Part shown: piece by piece, positions 9,111 to 19,247 of the stretch | Position numbering within the stretch: the stretch's first letter is position 1 | Layout: every line of letters starts with the position of its first letter | DNA from: Clostridioides sp. ES-S-0010-02 | Lineage (GTDB): Bacteria > Bacillota > Clostridia > Peptostreptococcales > Peptostreptococcaceae | DNA length: 32,000 nt | Strand: one strand, 5' to 3' | Assembly: GCF_020641055.1 (NCBI RefSeq) | Contig: NZ_CP067345.1 | Position numbers and translations under genes: made by a program | The notes under the pieces: generated by a model | Databases searched by the model: none | What the model saw: only the letters and a program-made list of their open reading frames with translations | What the model was told of the DNA's origin: nothing

Positions 9111-10218
9111 TTAAACTGTCTTATTCATTTTTAAGTATTCGTTGATAAACAAGTCTATATTTCCATTCATCACACTATCTACATTTCCAAACTCAGCATT
9201 TGTCCTATGGTCTTTGACTAACTTATATGGTTGGAAAACATAGGACCTAATTTGGCTACCCCACGTTATTTGTGAGTATTTGCCTTGTATATCTTCTATT
9301 TTTTCCTTTTGCTCTAATTCTTTTAACTCTATCAATTTTGCCATCAAAAGTCTCATAGCTCTATCTTTATTTAAATGTTGAGACCTTTCATTTTGACACT
9401 GAACCACTACACCAGTAGGAATATGTGTTATTCTAACAGCTGAATCAGTTGTGTTTACATGTTGTCCTCCAGCACCAGACGCTCTATATGTGTCTATCTT
9501 CAAATCTGATGAATTAATTTCTACTTCTATATTTTCATCTAACTCTGGTGTTACATCTATAGAAGCAAATGAAGTATGTCTCTTTCCTGATGGGTCAAAT
9601 GGAGATATTCTTACCAATCTATGAACCCCTTTTTCACTTTTTAAATATCCATAAGTGTTGGTTCCTTCTACAAGAATTGTAGCTGTCTTTATTCCCGCTT
9701 CAGGGTCTGATATTATATCTAAAAGCTTAACTTTATAACCCTTACCTTCTGCCCATCTTATATACATTCTTAAAAGCATCTGAGCCCAATCTTGAGCATC
9801 TAGACCCCCAGTTCCAGCATTTATAGATAATATAGCATTATTTTTATCATACTCGCCATTTAAAAGAGTTTTTATTTTCATCTCAGATAATTTTTCTTCT
9901 ATTGATTCTATAGACATTTCTATATCCTTTTCAACAGAATCATCCTCTTCTTCTAGGCCTATTTCAATCAATACTTCTACATCTTCTAATAAGTTTTTTA
10001 GACTTTCATATTCATCTATAGTTTCTTTTAAAGCTTTGTTTTCTTGAAGTACTTTTTGCGCTACTTCATTGTCATTCCAAAAATCTTGTTTATTTATCTT
10101 CTCTTCATTAATTTTTATCTTTTCCATCAATGAAGCTACGTCAAAGAGAAACCCTCAATTCTTCTAAATTTGAAGCTATTTGCTCCACACTATGTCTATA
10201 CTCTTGTATCTTTAACAT
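9111..10218 (-). CDS. prfB: peptide chain release factor 2, made by a programmed +1 frameshift
   Basis: Frame 0 runs from the ATG at 10218 and reads MLKIQEYRHSVEQIASNLEELRVSL, ending at an in-frame TGA (10141-10143). The +1 frame continues DVASLMEKIKINE... into the 339-aa ORF, which carries the SPF tripeptide and the GGQ motif (RASGAGGQHVN). Confidence 0.93.
10140..10146 (-). promoter_or_regulatory. prfB +1 frameshift site CTT TGA C
   Basis: Exact CUU UGA C heptamer with an upstream SD-like GAGGG (minus strand TTGAGGGTTTCTCTTTGAC). Confidence 0.9.
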
Positions 10219-10232
10219 TTAATCCTCCAAAA

Positions 10233-12908
10233 CTATCTTCCACAACAGTTTTTATATTTCTTACCACTTCCACAAGGACATAAATCATTTCTTCCAACTT
10301 TTTCATCTTTTTTAATAGTTTTGCTTGTTGGAAGAGTTCCATCTGAGGGAGAAGTTAGATTTTCAACATCTACAACTGCTTTTCTTTCTACTGGAGCCTC
10401 TATTGTTATATTAAATAAATATCTTACAGTATCTTCTTTAATATGTTTATTCATCTCATCAAACATATCAAAACCTTCCATTTTATAAGCAATAACTGGG
10501 TCTTGTTGACCTACAGCACGAAGCCCTATACCTTGACGTAATTGATCCATTGCATCTATATGGTCTATCCAATGATTATCAACAGCTTGAAGTAAGATAA
10601 CTCTCTCAACTTCTCTCATTCTTTCATAACCTATTTGTTCTTCTTTTGCAGTATATATCTTCATAGCTATTTCATAAACTTTTTCTGTTATTTCAACTGG
10701 ATTAAGCTTTTCTATCTCTGGGATTTCTATACTACCTTTTGGTAAGAACAGATTATACATATGTTCCTTAAATCCTTCTTCATCAAATCCTTTATCTTTT
10801 GTATAAAGAGTCACTGATTCTTCTATTATAGAATGAGTCATTGATTGTACTTGCTCTTGTAAATCTTCACCTTCTAATACACGTTTTCTCTCTGCATATA
10901 TTATTTCTCTTTGCTTATTCATAACATCATCATATTGAAGTACATGTTTTCTTATTCCAAAGTTTTTACCTTCGACTTTCTTTTGTGCACCTTCAATAGA
11001 CTTAGATAATATTCTATGTTCTATAGGCATGTCTTCTTCAAGACCTATTTTATTTACGATTCCAGATATTCTATCGCTTCCAAACAATCTCATAAGGTCA
11101 TCATCAAGACCTATATAAAATCTTGAGCTACCTGGGTCACCTTGACGACCAGCACGACCTCTTAACTGGTTATCTATTCTTCGAGATTCATGTCTTTCTG
11201 TACCAATTATAGCAAGTCCACCTGCTTCTACTACTTGTTTTTGTTCGTCTTCTGTTTGTTGCTTAAATTGTTTATATAATCTTTCGTACTCTGCTCTAGC
11301 TTCAAATAAAATTTCATTTCCTGCCACAGGTATTCCTTCTATTGGAGTATCAACTCTATTTACTACATCTTCTTTAAATCCATTTCTTCTCATTTCTCTC
11401 TTAGTTAAGAAATCTGGATTCCCACCTAAAACTATATCAGTACCACGACCAGCCATGTTAGTAGCTATTGTAACAGCTCCAAGTCTACCTGCTTGAGCTA
11501 TTATTTCTGCTTCTTTATCATGGTGTTTAGCATTTAATACTTCATGTCTAATACCTTTTTTCTTTAATATTTGTGATAGTAGTTCTGACTTTTCTATCGA
11601 AACTGTACCTACAAGTATTGGTTGATTAACTTTATGTCTTTCAATTATTTCTTCAGCTACAGCATTAAATTTACCTATCTCACTTTTATATACACAATCT
11701 GGCAAGTCTTCTCTTACCATAAGCTTATTAGTAGGCACTTGGAAGACATCCATTTTATATATTGCTTTAAACTCTTCTTCTTCTGTTTTTGCTGTACCAG
11801 TCATACCTGAAAGTTTTTTATACATTCTAAAGTAATTTTGGAATGTTACAGTAGCTAGTGTTTTAGATTCTCTCTGTATTTTAAGACCTTCTTTTGCTTC
11901 TATTGCTTGATGCAAGCCTTCTGAATATCTTCTACCAAACATAAGTCTACCAGTAAACTCGTCAACTATTACTATTTCTCCATCTTTAGCAACATAATCA
12001 ACATCTTTTTTCATTATTACATGTGCCCTTAAAGCCTGATTTATATGGTGATATAACTCTGTATGAGATATATCTGTTATATTATCAACATTAAAATATA
12101 CTTCTGCTTTTTGTATACCTGATGCTGTTAGAGATACAGCCTTATCTTTTTCTTCTAATTCATAGTCATCAGGTTTTAAAGTTAACACAAATGTATTTGC
12201 ATCTGAATATAGGTGAGTTGATTTATCTCCAGGGCCAGATATAATAAGTGGTGTTCTAGCCTCATCTATAAGTATAGAGTCGACCTCATCCACTATCGCA
12301 TAATTTAATCCTCTTTGAACTCTTTGCTCTTTGTGTATTACCATATTGTCTTTTAAGTAGTCAAATCCATATTCATTATTTGTACCATAAGTTATATCAC
12401 AATCATATTGTTCTTTTCTAACTTTTGGATTTTGACCATGTACAATAACACCTACACTCATTCCTAAAAACTCATAAACTTTTGCCATTTGGTCTCTATC
12501 ACGTTTTGCAAGATAATCATTTACCGTTACAACATGTACACCTTTTCCAGTAAGAGCATTCAAATAAACAGGAGCAGTTGCAACCAAAGTTTTACCTTCA
12601 CCTGTTTTCATCTCAGCTATTCTTCCTTGATGTAATACTATACCTCCAATCATTTGAACTCTGTAGTGTCTAAGACCTAATACTCTTTTAGAAGTCTCTC
12701 TGACTACTGCAAATGCTTCTGGAAGTATATCATCTATACTTTCTCCATTTTCTAATCTTTCTTTAAATGTATTTGTCATATTTTTAAGTTCCGAGTCTGC
12801 CATAGATTCAAATTTAGGTTCTAATGAATCTATTATATCAACAGTCTTATTGAACTTTTTCAATTCTTTTTTATCTGCCATGTTGAATAAACTATCCATA
12901 AAGCTCAT
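10233..12908 (-). CDS. secA: preprotein translocase ATPase SecA
   Basis: Walker A (MKTGEGKT), DEAD-like [19 protein letters not shown], and a C-terminal zinc motif [14 protein letters not shown]. 891 aa. Confidence 0.97.
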   Translation of the reverse strand: MSFMDSLFNMADKKELKKFNKTVDIIDSLEPKFESMADSELKNMTNTFKERLENGESIDDILPEAFAVVRETSKRVLGLRHYRVQMIGGIVLHQGRIAEMKTGEGKTLVATAPVYLNALTGKGVHVVTVNDYLAKRDRDQMAKVYEFLGMSVGVIVHGQNPKVRKEQYDCDITYGTNNEYGFDYLKDNMVIHKEQRVQRGLNYAIVDEVDSILIDEARTPLIISGPGDKSTHLYSDANTFVLTLKPDDYELEEKDKAVSLTASGIQKAEVYFNVDNITDISHTELYHHINQALRAHVIMKKDVDYVAKDGEIVIVDEFTGRLMFGRRYSEGLHQAIEAKEGLKIQRESKTLATVTFQNYFRMYKKLSGMTGTAKTEEEEFKAIYKMDVFQVPTNKLMVREDLPDCVYKSEIGKFNAVAEEIIERHKVNQPILVGTVSIEKSELLSQILKKKGIRHEVLNAKHHDKEAEIIAQAGRLGAVTIATNMAGRGTDIVLGGNPDFLTKREMRRNGFKEDVVNRVDTPIEGIPVAGNEILFEARAEYERLYKQFKQQTEDEQKQVVEAGGLAIIGTERHESRRIDNQLRGRAGRQGDPGSSRFYIGLDDDLMRLFGSDRISGIVNKIGLEEDMPIEHRILSKSIEGAQKKVEGKNFGIRKHVLQYDDVMNKQREIIYAERKRVLEGEDLQEQVQSMTHSIIEESVTLYTKDKGFDEEGFKEHMYNLFLPKGSIEIPEIEKLNPVEITEKVYEIAMKIYTAKEEQIGYERMREVERVILLQAVDNHWIDHIDAMDQLRQGIGLRAVGQQDPVIAYKMEGFDMFDEMNKHIKEDTVRYLFNITIEAPVERKAVVDVENLTSPSDGTLPTSKTIKKDEKVGRNDLCPCGSGKKYKNCCGR

Positions 12909-12982
12909 ATTTTACATCTCTCCTCGTTCTTTATTGTACTATTATTCATTTTACCATAAAAACTATACTTTTAATATTAATT

Positions 12983-13016
12983 TAAAAAGCTATCGATAAA
13001 TAATTTATCGATAGCT
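12983..13016 (-). terminator. hpf intrinsic terminator
   Basis: Perfect 13-bp stem AGCTATCGATAAA-uua-TTTATCGATAGCT, followed by TTTTTAAATT on the minus strand. Confidence 0.8.
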
Positions 13017-13039
13017 AATATGATTAAATCTAAATTGCT

Positions 13040-13591
13040 TTATTCATGTTCTATTATACCATATCCGCCATTATGACGTTTATAAACTACAGCTATTTCA
13101 TCTGAATCTATATTCTTGAACATATAGAAATCATGTCCTACTAATTCCATTTGTAATACAGCTTCTTCTTCGCTCATTGGCTTAACACTAAATTTCTTAC
13201 GTCTTTGAATTACTATATCTTGATTTTCATCTTCATAATCTTCTTGTTCATCTGCTAGATTTATCTCTGCATCTTGGAATCTTATACTCTTATTGTCTTG
13301 ATGCTTATCTTGTAATCTCTTTTTATATTTTTTTAATTGTTTGCTTAATTTATCATATACAACATCTATAGCTGTGTATAAATTCTCCTGCATATCTTCT
13401 GCTCTAATTATAGGACCATTTACAGTAGCTATTGTTACTTCTATTTTTTGTCTTGTTTTTTTAGCACTTACTGTAACCTTTACATCAGTGTCTGGATGAA
13501 TGTAATTATCTAACTTACTTAACTTGCTTTCGATTTTATTTTTTATTGCATCAGTTAATTCGATTTGTTTTCCAGATATAATTATGTTCAT
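13040..13591 (-). CDS. hpf: ribosome hibernation promoting factor, long form (RaiA/YvyD family)
   Basis: MNIIISGKQIELTDAIK N-terminal S30AE domain, acidic linker, and a C-terminal dimerisation domain (KPMSEEEAVLQMELVGHDFYMF). ATG at 13591 with a GAAGGGAGA RBS. The ORF-track TTG at 13609 is probably spurious. Confidence 0.92.
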   Translation of the reverse strand: MNIIISGKQIELTDAIKNKIESKLSKLDNYIHPDTDVKVTVSAKKTRQKIEVTIATVNGPIIRAEDMQENLYTAIDVVYDKLSKQLKKYKKRLQDKHQDNKSIRFQDAEINLADEQEDYEDENQDIVIQRRKKFSVKPMSEEEAVLQMELVGHDFYMFKNIDSDEIAVVYKRHNGGYGIIEHE

Positions 13592-13644
13592 AAGTACATC
13601 TCCCTTCAATTATGCCAGTATAAGAAAATTTATACTTAAATAAT

Positions 13645-13673
13645 ATATTCTACACGAAATCTCATAATCCTTC
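13645..13673 (-). promoter_or_regulatory. candidate sigma-H type promoter upstream of hpf
   Basis: Minus strand reads GAAGGATTA-N11-GTAGAATAT. This fits the Bacillus SigH pattern RNAGGAWWW-N11/12-RNNGAATWW. It lies about 55 nt upstream of the hpf ATG. Confidence 0.35.
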
Positions 13674-13749
13674 TTTTATTATTAACTTTTATGATTTTTT
13701 CTATTCAATTGATAGAATTATTTTTCATTTTTAATCACCTTAATGCTTA

Positions 13750-13971
13750 TGTGGATTAATATTATAACAATACCCTGTGGATAATGTGGATAAAACTGTT
13801 AATAACTCTTGTTCCTGTGTATTTAAAGCTATTTTTATTATCCTTTCTATCCACAAATATCTCCAATAATTGTTTATTAATATGTGAATTCATGTCATAA
13901 AGTGGTAATTTTAGGAAATTATATGTATTATATGTTACTTAACTTTTATAAATTTTTCATAGTTATCCACC
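13750..13971. promoter_or_regulatory. cluster of five DnaA-box-like 9-mers
   Basis: TGTGGATTA (13750-13758). Two abutting perfect TGTGGATAA boxes (13776-13784 and 13785-13793). CTATCCACA (13847-13855). TTATCCACC (13963-13971). Consensus is TTATCCACA. The first three face the last two. Confidence 0.55.
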
Positions 13972-14156
13972 TTCTAAGACCTCCATATTTCATTTTTTCT
14001 TTCACTATTTAGTTTAACTTCAAAATTATCTAAAAATAGTAAAGCATCATAACAATAATTTCTTAATCAATACTCATAATATTCATATACCCAAACTACA
14101 ATTGACTAACACTCTTTATTTAATCTAATAAGTTATATAAATTATATATGTTTATA

Positions 14157-14831
14157 TTATTTCGAAATTATATCCACTAATTGTTTTAGCTTTTGTCTGT
14201 CTATATCTTCAAATGGATTTTTATCTATTCTAACAGCTGTACCAAAATGAAAATTATTTGCCTTAGTTACTCCCTTTATTTCAACTATATTATTAAAATT
14301 AAGACCTCCACCTAAAAGAATTTTTATATTATTAGAGTTAAGCATCATATCTTTTATAATTTTTATATTCTCTCTTATACTTCCCTTTCCCCCTGACGTT
14401 AATATATTTGTAATTCTGTCATAATTCTTTAAAAGATTAACACTTTCTATTGTATTTGATTCATCTATTGCTCTATGAAATGTAACATCAAGATTATCGC
14501 AATATTGCAACAAAAAATTTAAATTTTCTTCATCTATATTATTATTCTTGTCTAACATTCCAAATACAACTCCATTAGCTCCAATCTTTTTGACTGTATT
14601 TATATCTTTTAACATTATATTTATGTCTTCTTTACTATATACAAAGCTTTTAGCATGTGGTCTTATCATTACGTTCACAGGTATCTTTACACTGTTAACA
14701 ACACTTTCTATAAGTCCAAAACTTGGTGTTAGCCCTCCTTCAGTTAAAGCACTAACTAATTCTATTCTATCTGCGCCACAATCTTCTATAATCTTAGCGT
14801 CTTCTACTGTCATTCCTATTATCTCTAGCAT
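14157..14831 (-). CDS. cutC: CutC-family TIM-barrel protein (annotated copper homeostasis protein)
   Basis: N-terminus EDAKIIEDCGADRIELVSALTEGGLTPS and a TFHRAID motif, both typical of CutC. Last gene of the PTS operon. The upstream gene's stop is 2 nt from the cutC start. Confidence 0.85.
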   Translation of the reverse strand: MLEIIGMTVEDAKIIEDCGADRIELVSALTEGGLTPSFGLIESVVNSVKIPVNVMIRPHAKSFVYSKEDINIMLKDINTVKKIGANGVVFGMLDKNNNIDEENLNFLLQYCDNLDVTFHRAIDESNTIESVNLLKNYDRITNILTSGGKGSIRENIKIIKDMMLNSNNIKILLGGGLNFNNIVEIKGVTKANNFHFGTAVRIDKNPFEDIDRQKLKQLVDIISK

Positions 14832-14833
14832 AA

Positions 14834-15886
14834 CTACTCCTTTGCTAATTCATATATTGCATTTGAAAATATCTTTGCATTTAAGATTATATCATCTATA
14901 TCCATATATTCGTCAGGATTATGTGCTATTCCTTTTTGTCCTGGAAACGAAGGTCCAAATGGAACTATATTTGGCATTACTTTTGCATATGTACCTCCAT
15001 TAGTTGTTACTGGAGTACCATCTAATGATGTTACTCTTTCATAAGCTATTTGAAGTTTTTTAACAAGCTCACTATCCTTATCAAAATATACAGGATTAAA
15101 ATTAGAAATTACTTCTATCTCTGTACCATTGGGAAAATTAGATTTTATTTCATCTAAGACATCTTCTAGTTTATAACTAAATTCATATTTTACCTTTATC
15201 TCCAGTATTATGTAACTATTCTCTTTATGTAACTCTTGATTTGTGACAATCACCTTTTCAGACATATTTTCTATAAAGCTTAGAAATGTATCTTCCTTAT
15301 AGTTACAGTTATTTTTGATTATAATTTTCGCCATACCTTTTTCACCATATACAACAGGATATTTACAATCTGGTGTGAACCCCATTATAGGAGGTTTTTC
15401 CTTTTTTAAATAATATGGTATATCTTTAAATCCACTTTCTTCATTTGTGCCAAAAATTATCCTAACTTTTTTATCTAACTTTAAACCTAATTCCTTAATA
15501 ACATATAATCCATATAAAGCACACATTATAGGTCCTTTATTATCTAATACCCCTCTACCATAGATTTTTCCATTATATATTTCTCCTCCATAAGGTTGAT
15601 ATATCCAATTTTCCCCTTCATGTACTACATCTACGTGGCCAATTACACAGATATAATCTTCGCTATCTCCATATTCTGCATAACCAATATAATTGTCTAA
15701 GTTTCTAACTTTAAATCCTAATTTTCTTGAAATTTCTAGTGCTTTATTGAGTGCTTTTCCTACCTTTTCGCCAAAAGGGAAGTCATTTTCTGACTCCCCT
15801 TCAACGCTAGGTATTTTTACAATATCTACAATATCACTTAATAAATGTTCTTTTATCTCGTCTACTTTATTGTTTATAATATTCAT
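14834..15886 (-). CDS. M20A metallo-dipeptidase, PepV/Sapep-like with a shortened lid
   Basis: GHVDVV, GRGVLDNKG, GTNEESG, GFTPDCKYPVVYGEKG and a C-terminal HNPDEYMDIDD motif, collinear with PepV. At 350 aa it is about 120 aa shorter than typical PepV. Confidence 0.8.
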   Translation of the reverse strand: MNIINNKVDEIKEHLLSDIVDIVKIPSVEGESENDFPFGEKVGKALNKALEISRKLGFKVRNLDNYIGYAEYGDSEDYICVIGHVDVVHEGENWIYQPYGGEIYNGKIYGRGVLDNKGPIMCALYGLYVIKELGLKLDKKVRIIFGTNEESGFKDIPYYLKKEKPPIMGFTPDCKYPVVYGEKGMAKIIIKNNCNYKEDTFLSFIENMSEKVIVTNQELHKENSYIILEIKVKYEFSYKLEDVLDEIKSNFPNGTEIEVISNFNPVYFDKDSELVKKLQIAYERVTSLDGTPVTTNGGTYAKVMPNIVPFGPSFPGQKGIAHNPDEYMDIDDIILNAKIFSNAIYELAKE

Positions 15887-15939
15887 AAAAATCTCCTTTT
15901 AAATATTAAAGACTCTACTTTACTGCATAAATACAAACT

Positions 15940-16899
15940 TTATTCACTTACTTCTATTGGAGCCTTTATCCTAGCTTCATATGCTTCCATCCACTCGTTT
16001 GACACAACCTTATGTATAGTTTTACCATCTATTCTATTTGATATATACACTGTAGGTGCTTCTGCTTTAGTAGCTACTGAGAATGTAAAGTCAGCTATGT
16101 TTGTAGCTACTCCCCATTCTCCTTTATTATTCATAGCAACTAATGATAAGTCTCCAGCTTTTCCTCGTCTTTTGATAAGTTGTTCATCTAACTCATTTAC
16201 TGCTATATCACATGCCTCTTGTGGATGTTTTCCTTCTTTCATAAGTCTAACTATCTCATATGATATACACCCTTTCATCAAATCTTCTCCAAGACCAGTA
16301 GCTGTAGCCCCTCCTATGTTACTATCAACGAAAAACCCTGAACCAGATAGTGCAGAATCTCCTATTCTACCTCTTTTCTTCATAAATAGACCACTTGTTG
16401 AGGTTGCTGCACACATCTTTCCATCTCTATCTAAAGATATCATCCCAACAGTATCATGACCAGCATATGGGCTTAATCCTTTATCTAAAGTTTCTTTTTT
16501 TCTCTTCTTATAATGTAGTTTCGCTCTATCTGTTAACATATTTTTTCTTTCAAATCCATTTTTATGGGCATATTCTTCAGCTCCTATTCCAACTAAGAAA
16601 TTATTCACTTTCTCATAACTTAGTTTTCTAGCTATGCTGACAGGGTTAGAATAATCTCTTATACCTGCAACTGCTCCTATATCTAATGTGTTTCCATCCA
16701 TAAATGCAGCATCAAGTTCTACTTCACAATTTTCATTTGGAAGTCCTCCATATCCAACCGATTTATAGAATGGATAATCTTCGACTCTTCTTACAGCAAG
16801 TTCTACAGCATCTCCTGCTTCCATTCCTTTTTCTAAATGTTCTGATGCTTCAGTGATTCCTTCTATAGCCATTCTCCATGTTGCTATCATTCCCCACAT
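15940..16899 (-). CDS. Ntn-hydrolase of the asparaginase-2 family, glycosylasparaginase (aspartylglucosaminidase)-like / isoaspartyl peptidase
   Basis: GYGGLPN, autoprocessing site GHDTVGMISLD (Thr nucleophile), TSTSG...KRGRIGDSALSGSGFF, and GATATGLGEDLM. I prefer the ATG at 16899 (MWGMIATW) with an AAGGAGGG RBS 9 nt upstream. Confidence 0.85.
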   Translation of the reverse strand: MWGMIATWRMAIEGITEASEHLEKGMEAGDAVELAVRRVEDYPFYKSVGYGGLPNENCEVELDAAFMDGNTLDIGAVAGIRDYSNPVSIARKLSYEKVNNFLVGIGAEEYAHKNGFERKNMLTDRAKLHYKKRKKETLDKGLSPYAGHDTVGMISLDRDGKMCAATSTSGLFMKKRGRIGDSALSGSGFFVDSNIGGATATGLGEDLMKGCISYEIVRLMKEGKHPQEACDIAVNELDEQLIKRRGKAGDLSLVAMNNKGEWGVATNIADFTFSVATKAEAPTVYISNRIDGKTIHKVVSNEWMEAYEARIKAPIEVSE

Positions 16900-16992
16900 A
16901 TCAGAAAATCCCTCCTTAATTATAGAAACTCTATCCACATACTTTAATGTAAATAATATTTTACTTAAACCTGTCCCCTAGTAAAGTGTTAA

Positions 16993-17511
16993 TTAATAAC
17001 AAAATTCTTCTTTCATTAAAGTTATGTCTTCTTTATTTGCTATTGAATTTGCTAATTTACATATATTGTTTAGTGAATCATTAAGACCAATTCCACCTTT
17101 TTTAGGTGTCTTAACTATACATATATCATTTTTGTATTCGTTTATTACGTATGTATTTTCTTCTGACATAGCTGCAAAAGCTGGTATATCTGTTTTATTA
17201 TTTATATTTTTAGATAATATTGCTGACATCTTAGAAAAATTTTCATAGTTAAAACTTGGTCCACAAATTACTACATCAGGATTTAACTTTTTAACCATAG
17301 CTATCATTTTATTTGTCACTTCTTCTTCATTGTTTATAAAAAATTCATCCCCACAGAAAAGTGTCGCTATTACTTTAGATTCTTTTAAAAATGGTTCCAT
17401 CATTACACCTGGACCTAATGGACTTGATTTTCCAGCAGGAGGTATATTGCTTTTTTCTTTCCCACCTGCACCTGCTTGTATTTGATCCAATATCATAACT
17501 ATTTTCTTCAT
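16993..17511 (-). CDS. stand-alone protein resembling the N-terminal domain of GrdB (glycine/sarcosine/betaine reductase component B family)
   Basis: The stretch QIQAGAGGKEKSNIPPAGK...LGPGVMMEPFL...ATLFCGDEFF...LNPDVVICGPSFNYENF is collinear with the GrdB N-terminus as I recall it (INQFFAGIGGEEKADI...GPG...CGDSYF...PDLFIAGPAFNAGRYG). Only 172 aa, with no selenocysteine region. Confidence 0.6.
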   Translation of the reverse strand: MKKIVMILDQIQAGAGGKEKSNIPPAGKSSPLGPGVMMEPFLKESKVIATLFCGDEFFINNEEEVTNKMIAMVKKLNPDVVICGPSFNYENFSKMSAILSKNINNKTDIPAFAAMSEENTYVINEYKNDICIVKTPKKGGIGLNDSLNNICKLANSIANKEDITLMKEEFCY

Positions 17512-17521
17512 AATTTTCCTC

Positions 17522-18856
17522 CTATAATACTAAATCATCAAAAGATATATCATCATCTTCCTCTTCAACATTTGTTTTTTCTTCTTTTAAATATTGTTTA
17601 TCTAACATCTTTATAAATGGCATGTACATAAATATTCCTAGTACAAGAAGTATTATTTGTAATAAAGCACCTTGCCATCCTGTTGTTAGAAATCCAGAGA
17701 ATATAATTGGAGTTGTCCATGGTAATTGAACTCCATTTGTAAGTGGTACTAATCCTGCTGACATACAGAAATAGGCTATTATTATGTTTATTGTTGGAAC
17801 TATTGCAAATGGTATCAATAATATTGGGTTAAGCATTATTGGTAGACCAAATATTAATGGCTCATTTATTCCAAATATCCCTGGTAAAATTGATAATTTA
17901 CCCATTGATTTTATACGTTTACTTTTGCATATAAGTAACATAGCTATAATTAAGGATAGTGTACTACCTGCCCCACCAAATGTTGCAAACATATCCTGGA
18001 ATTGACCAGTTATTATGTTTGGTATTTTTGAACCAGCTTGAAAAGCCGCTAAATTTTCAGCTGATAAAATTTTTAATATTGGATTATAGACAGCTCCAAC
18101 AACACTACTACCATTTATTCCAAAGAACCAGAATAAATGTAAGAATATATAAGCTATTGCCATAGCACCTAAACTATTTCCTAATTTTAATAATGGCATT
18201 TGTAAAAACTTAAATATAAATTCATGTATACTTCCATATGGTGTAGCTTCAAAAGCAATCTTAACTAAAAAGAAAACTACCATAACTATTGCACTTGGTA
18301 TTAATGCAGCAAATGATTTTGAAACAGTTGGAGGAACTCCATCTGGCATCTTCAATGTCCACCCTTTTTTGACAACTACTGCAAATAACTTAACAGATGT
18401 TATTGCGGTTATCATTCCTACAAACATTCCCTTAGAACCCATCCAACCTAATGGGATACCAGTTACCATATAGACTGCCTTTGTTCCTTCTGGTGTATAT
18501 GGTATTACAAATGGTGTAACTATAAAAAAGGCGACTATTGCAACTGCTGCTGATGCAATTGGGTCTACATCTATTTGTTTAGCATAAGAGTAACCAATTC
18601 CTAAAACTGCAAGTAAAGTCATTACTTCAAAAGTCGCTATAGTTGGCTGTTGTAATTTTACTGCCCAATCTGGACCAAAAATTTGACCTACAAATTCGTC
18701 CCATCCTTTTATTGGGAAGTTTGCTACTAATAAAAATAATGACCCTATTATCAATAATGGTGATGATACTAAAAAACCATCTCTAATTGCAATTAATAAT
18801 TTATTTTTACCTATTTTTTCAGCCAACGGCATAAGTATTCTTTCCAATTTATTCAT
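17522..18856 (-). CDS. PTS lactose/cellobiose-family EIIC permease
   Basis: 444-aa polytopic membrane protein with a CelB/ChbC-like N-terminus (PLAEKIGKNKLLIAIRDGF). Flanked by the matching EIIB and EIIA genes. Confidence 0.9.
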   Translation of the reverse strand: MNKLERILMPLAEKIGKNKLLIAIRDGFLVSSPLLIIGSLFLLVANFPIKGWDEFVGQIFGPDWAVKLQQPTIATFEVMTLLAVLGIGYSYAKQIDVDPIASAAVAIVAFFIVTPFVIPYTPEGTKAVYMVTGIPLGWMGSKGMFVGMITAITSVKLFAVVVKKGWTLKMPDGVPPTVSKSFAALIPSAIVMVVFFLVKIAFEATPYGSIHEFIFKFLQMPLLKLGNSLGAMAIAYIFLHLFWFFGINGSSVVGAVYNPILKILSAENLAAFQAGSKIPNIITGQFQDMFATFGGAGSTLSLIIAMLLICKSKRIKSMGKLSILPGIFGINEPLIFGLPIMLNPILLIPFAIVPTINIIIAYFCMSAGLVPLTNGVQLPWTTPIIFSGFLTTGWQGALLQIILLVLGIFMYMPFIKMLDKQYLKEEKTNVEEEDDDISFDDLVL

Positions 18857-18894
18857 CTATCCACCCTCATTTCTCAGTATCTTTTTACTATATT

Positions 18895-19221
18895 TTAAGC
18901 TTGTTTAGATTTTATTAATTTTATAGCAAGCTTTAGTACTTTTTCTCCATTCATAGTTCCATAATCAGTTTCATTTATTATATCCACAGGTTTTCCTTGA
19001 GCTTCAAACTTTGGCTTTAACTCCTTTAGCATGTATTTAACTTGAGGTCCTAACAATATACAATCTGGATTCTTCTCTGCAACTATCTTATCAATTTCTG
19101 CTATTGGAAATGCTTCTACTTCTATTGGTAAATTGTGTTCATCTGCTACTTTCTGCATCTTTCCTGCAAGTAAGCTTGTTGACATACCAAAACTACAAAA
19201 TAAATATACTTTTCTCTTCAT
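18895..19221 (-). CDS. PTS lactose/cellobiose-family EIIB
   Basis: 108 aa, with phospho-Cys motif LFCSFGMSTSLL. Confidence 0.9.
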   Translation of the reverse strand: MKRKVYLFCSFGMSTSLLAGKMQKVADEHNLPIEVEAFPIAEIDKIVAEKNPDCILLGPQVKYMLKELKPKFEAQGKPVDIINETDYGTMNGEKVLKLAIKLIKSKQA

Positions 19222-19247
19222 TATCTTAAATCCCCCTTAATTACTTT

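Noticed and set aside
13951-14000. Tiny minus-strand ORFs in the cutC-hpf spacer, for example the 15-aa MKYGGLRRWITMKNL.
   Set aside because: No convincing RBS, very short, and no recognisable peptide family. They cannot be supported from sequence alone.
15845-16459. 204-aa plus-strand ORF antisense to the Ntn-hydrolase and M20 genes. Similar long antisense ORFs occur at 14548-15003, 20777-21196, 23528-24088, 29292-29606 and 29814-30176.
   Set aside because: Each lies wholly inside a well-supported minus-strand gene. They have low-complexity S/L/I/F/P-rich translations, no RBS, and no recognisable motifs. These are typical shadow frames of strongly codon-biased genes.
16931-16939. Isolated DnaA-box-like CTATCCACA upstream of the Ntn-hydrolase start.
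   Set aside because: It is a single one-mismatch 9-mer with no neighbouring boxes, which is consistent with chance.
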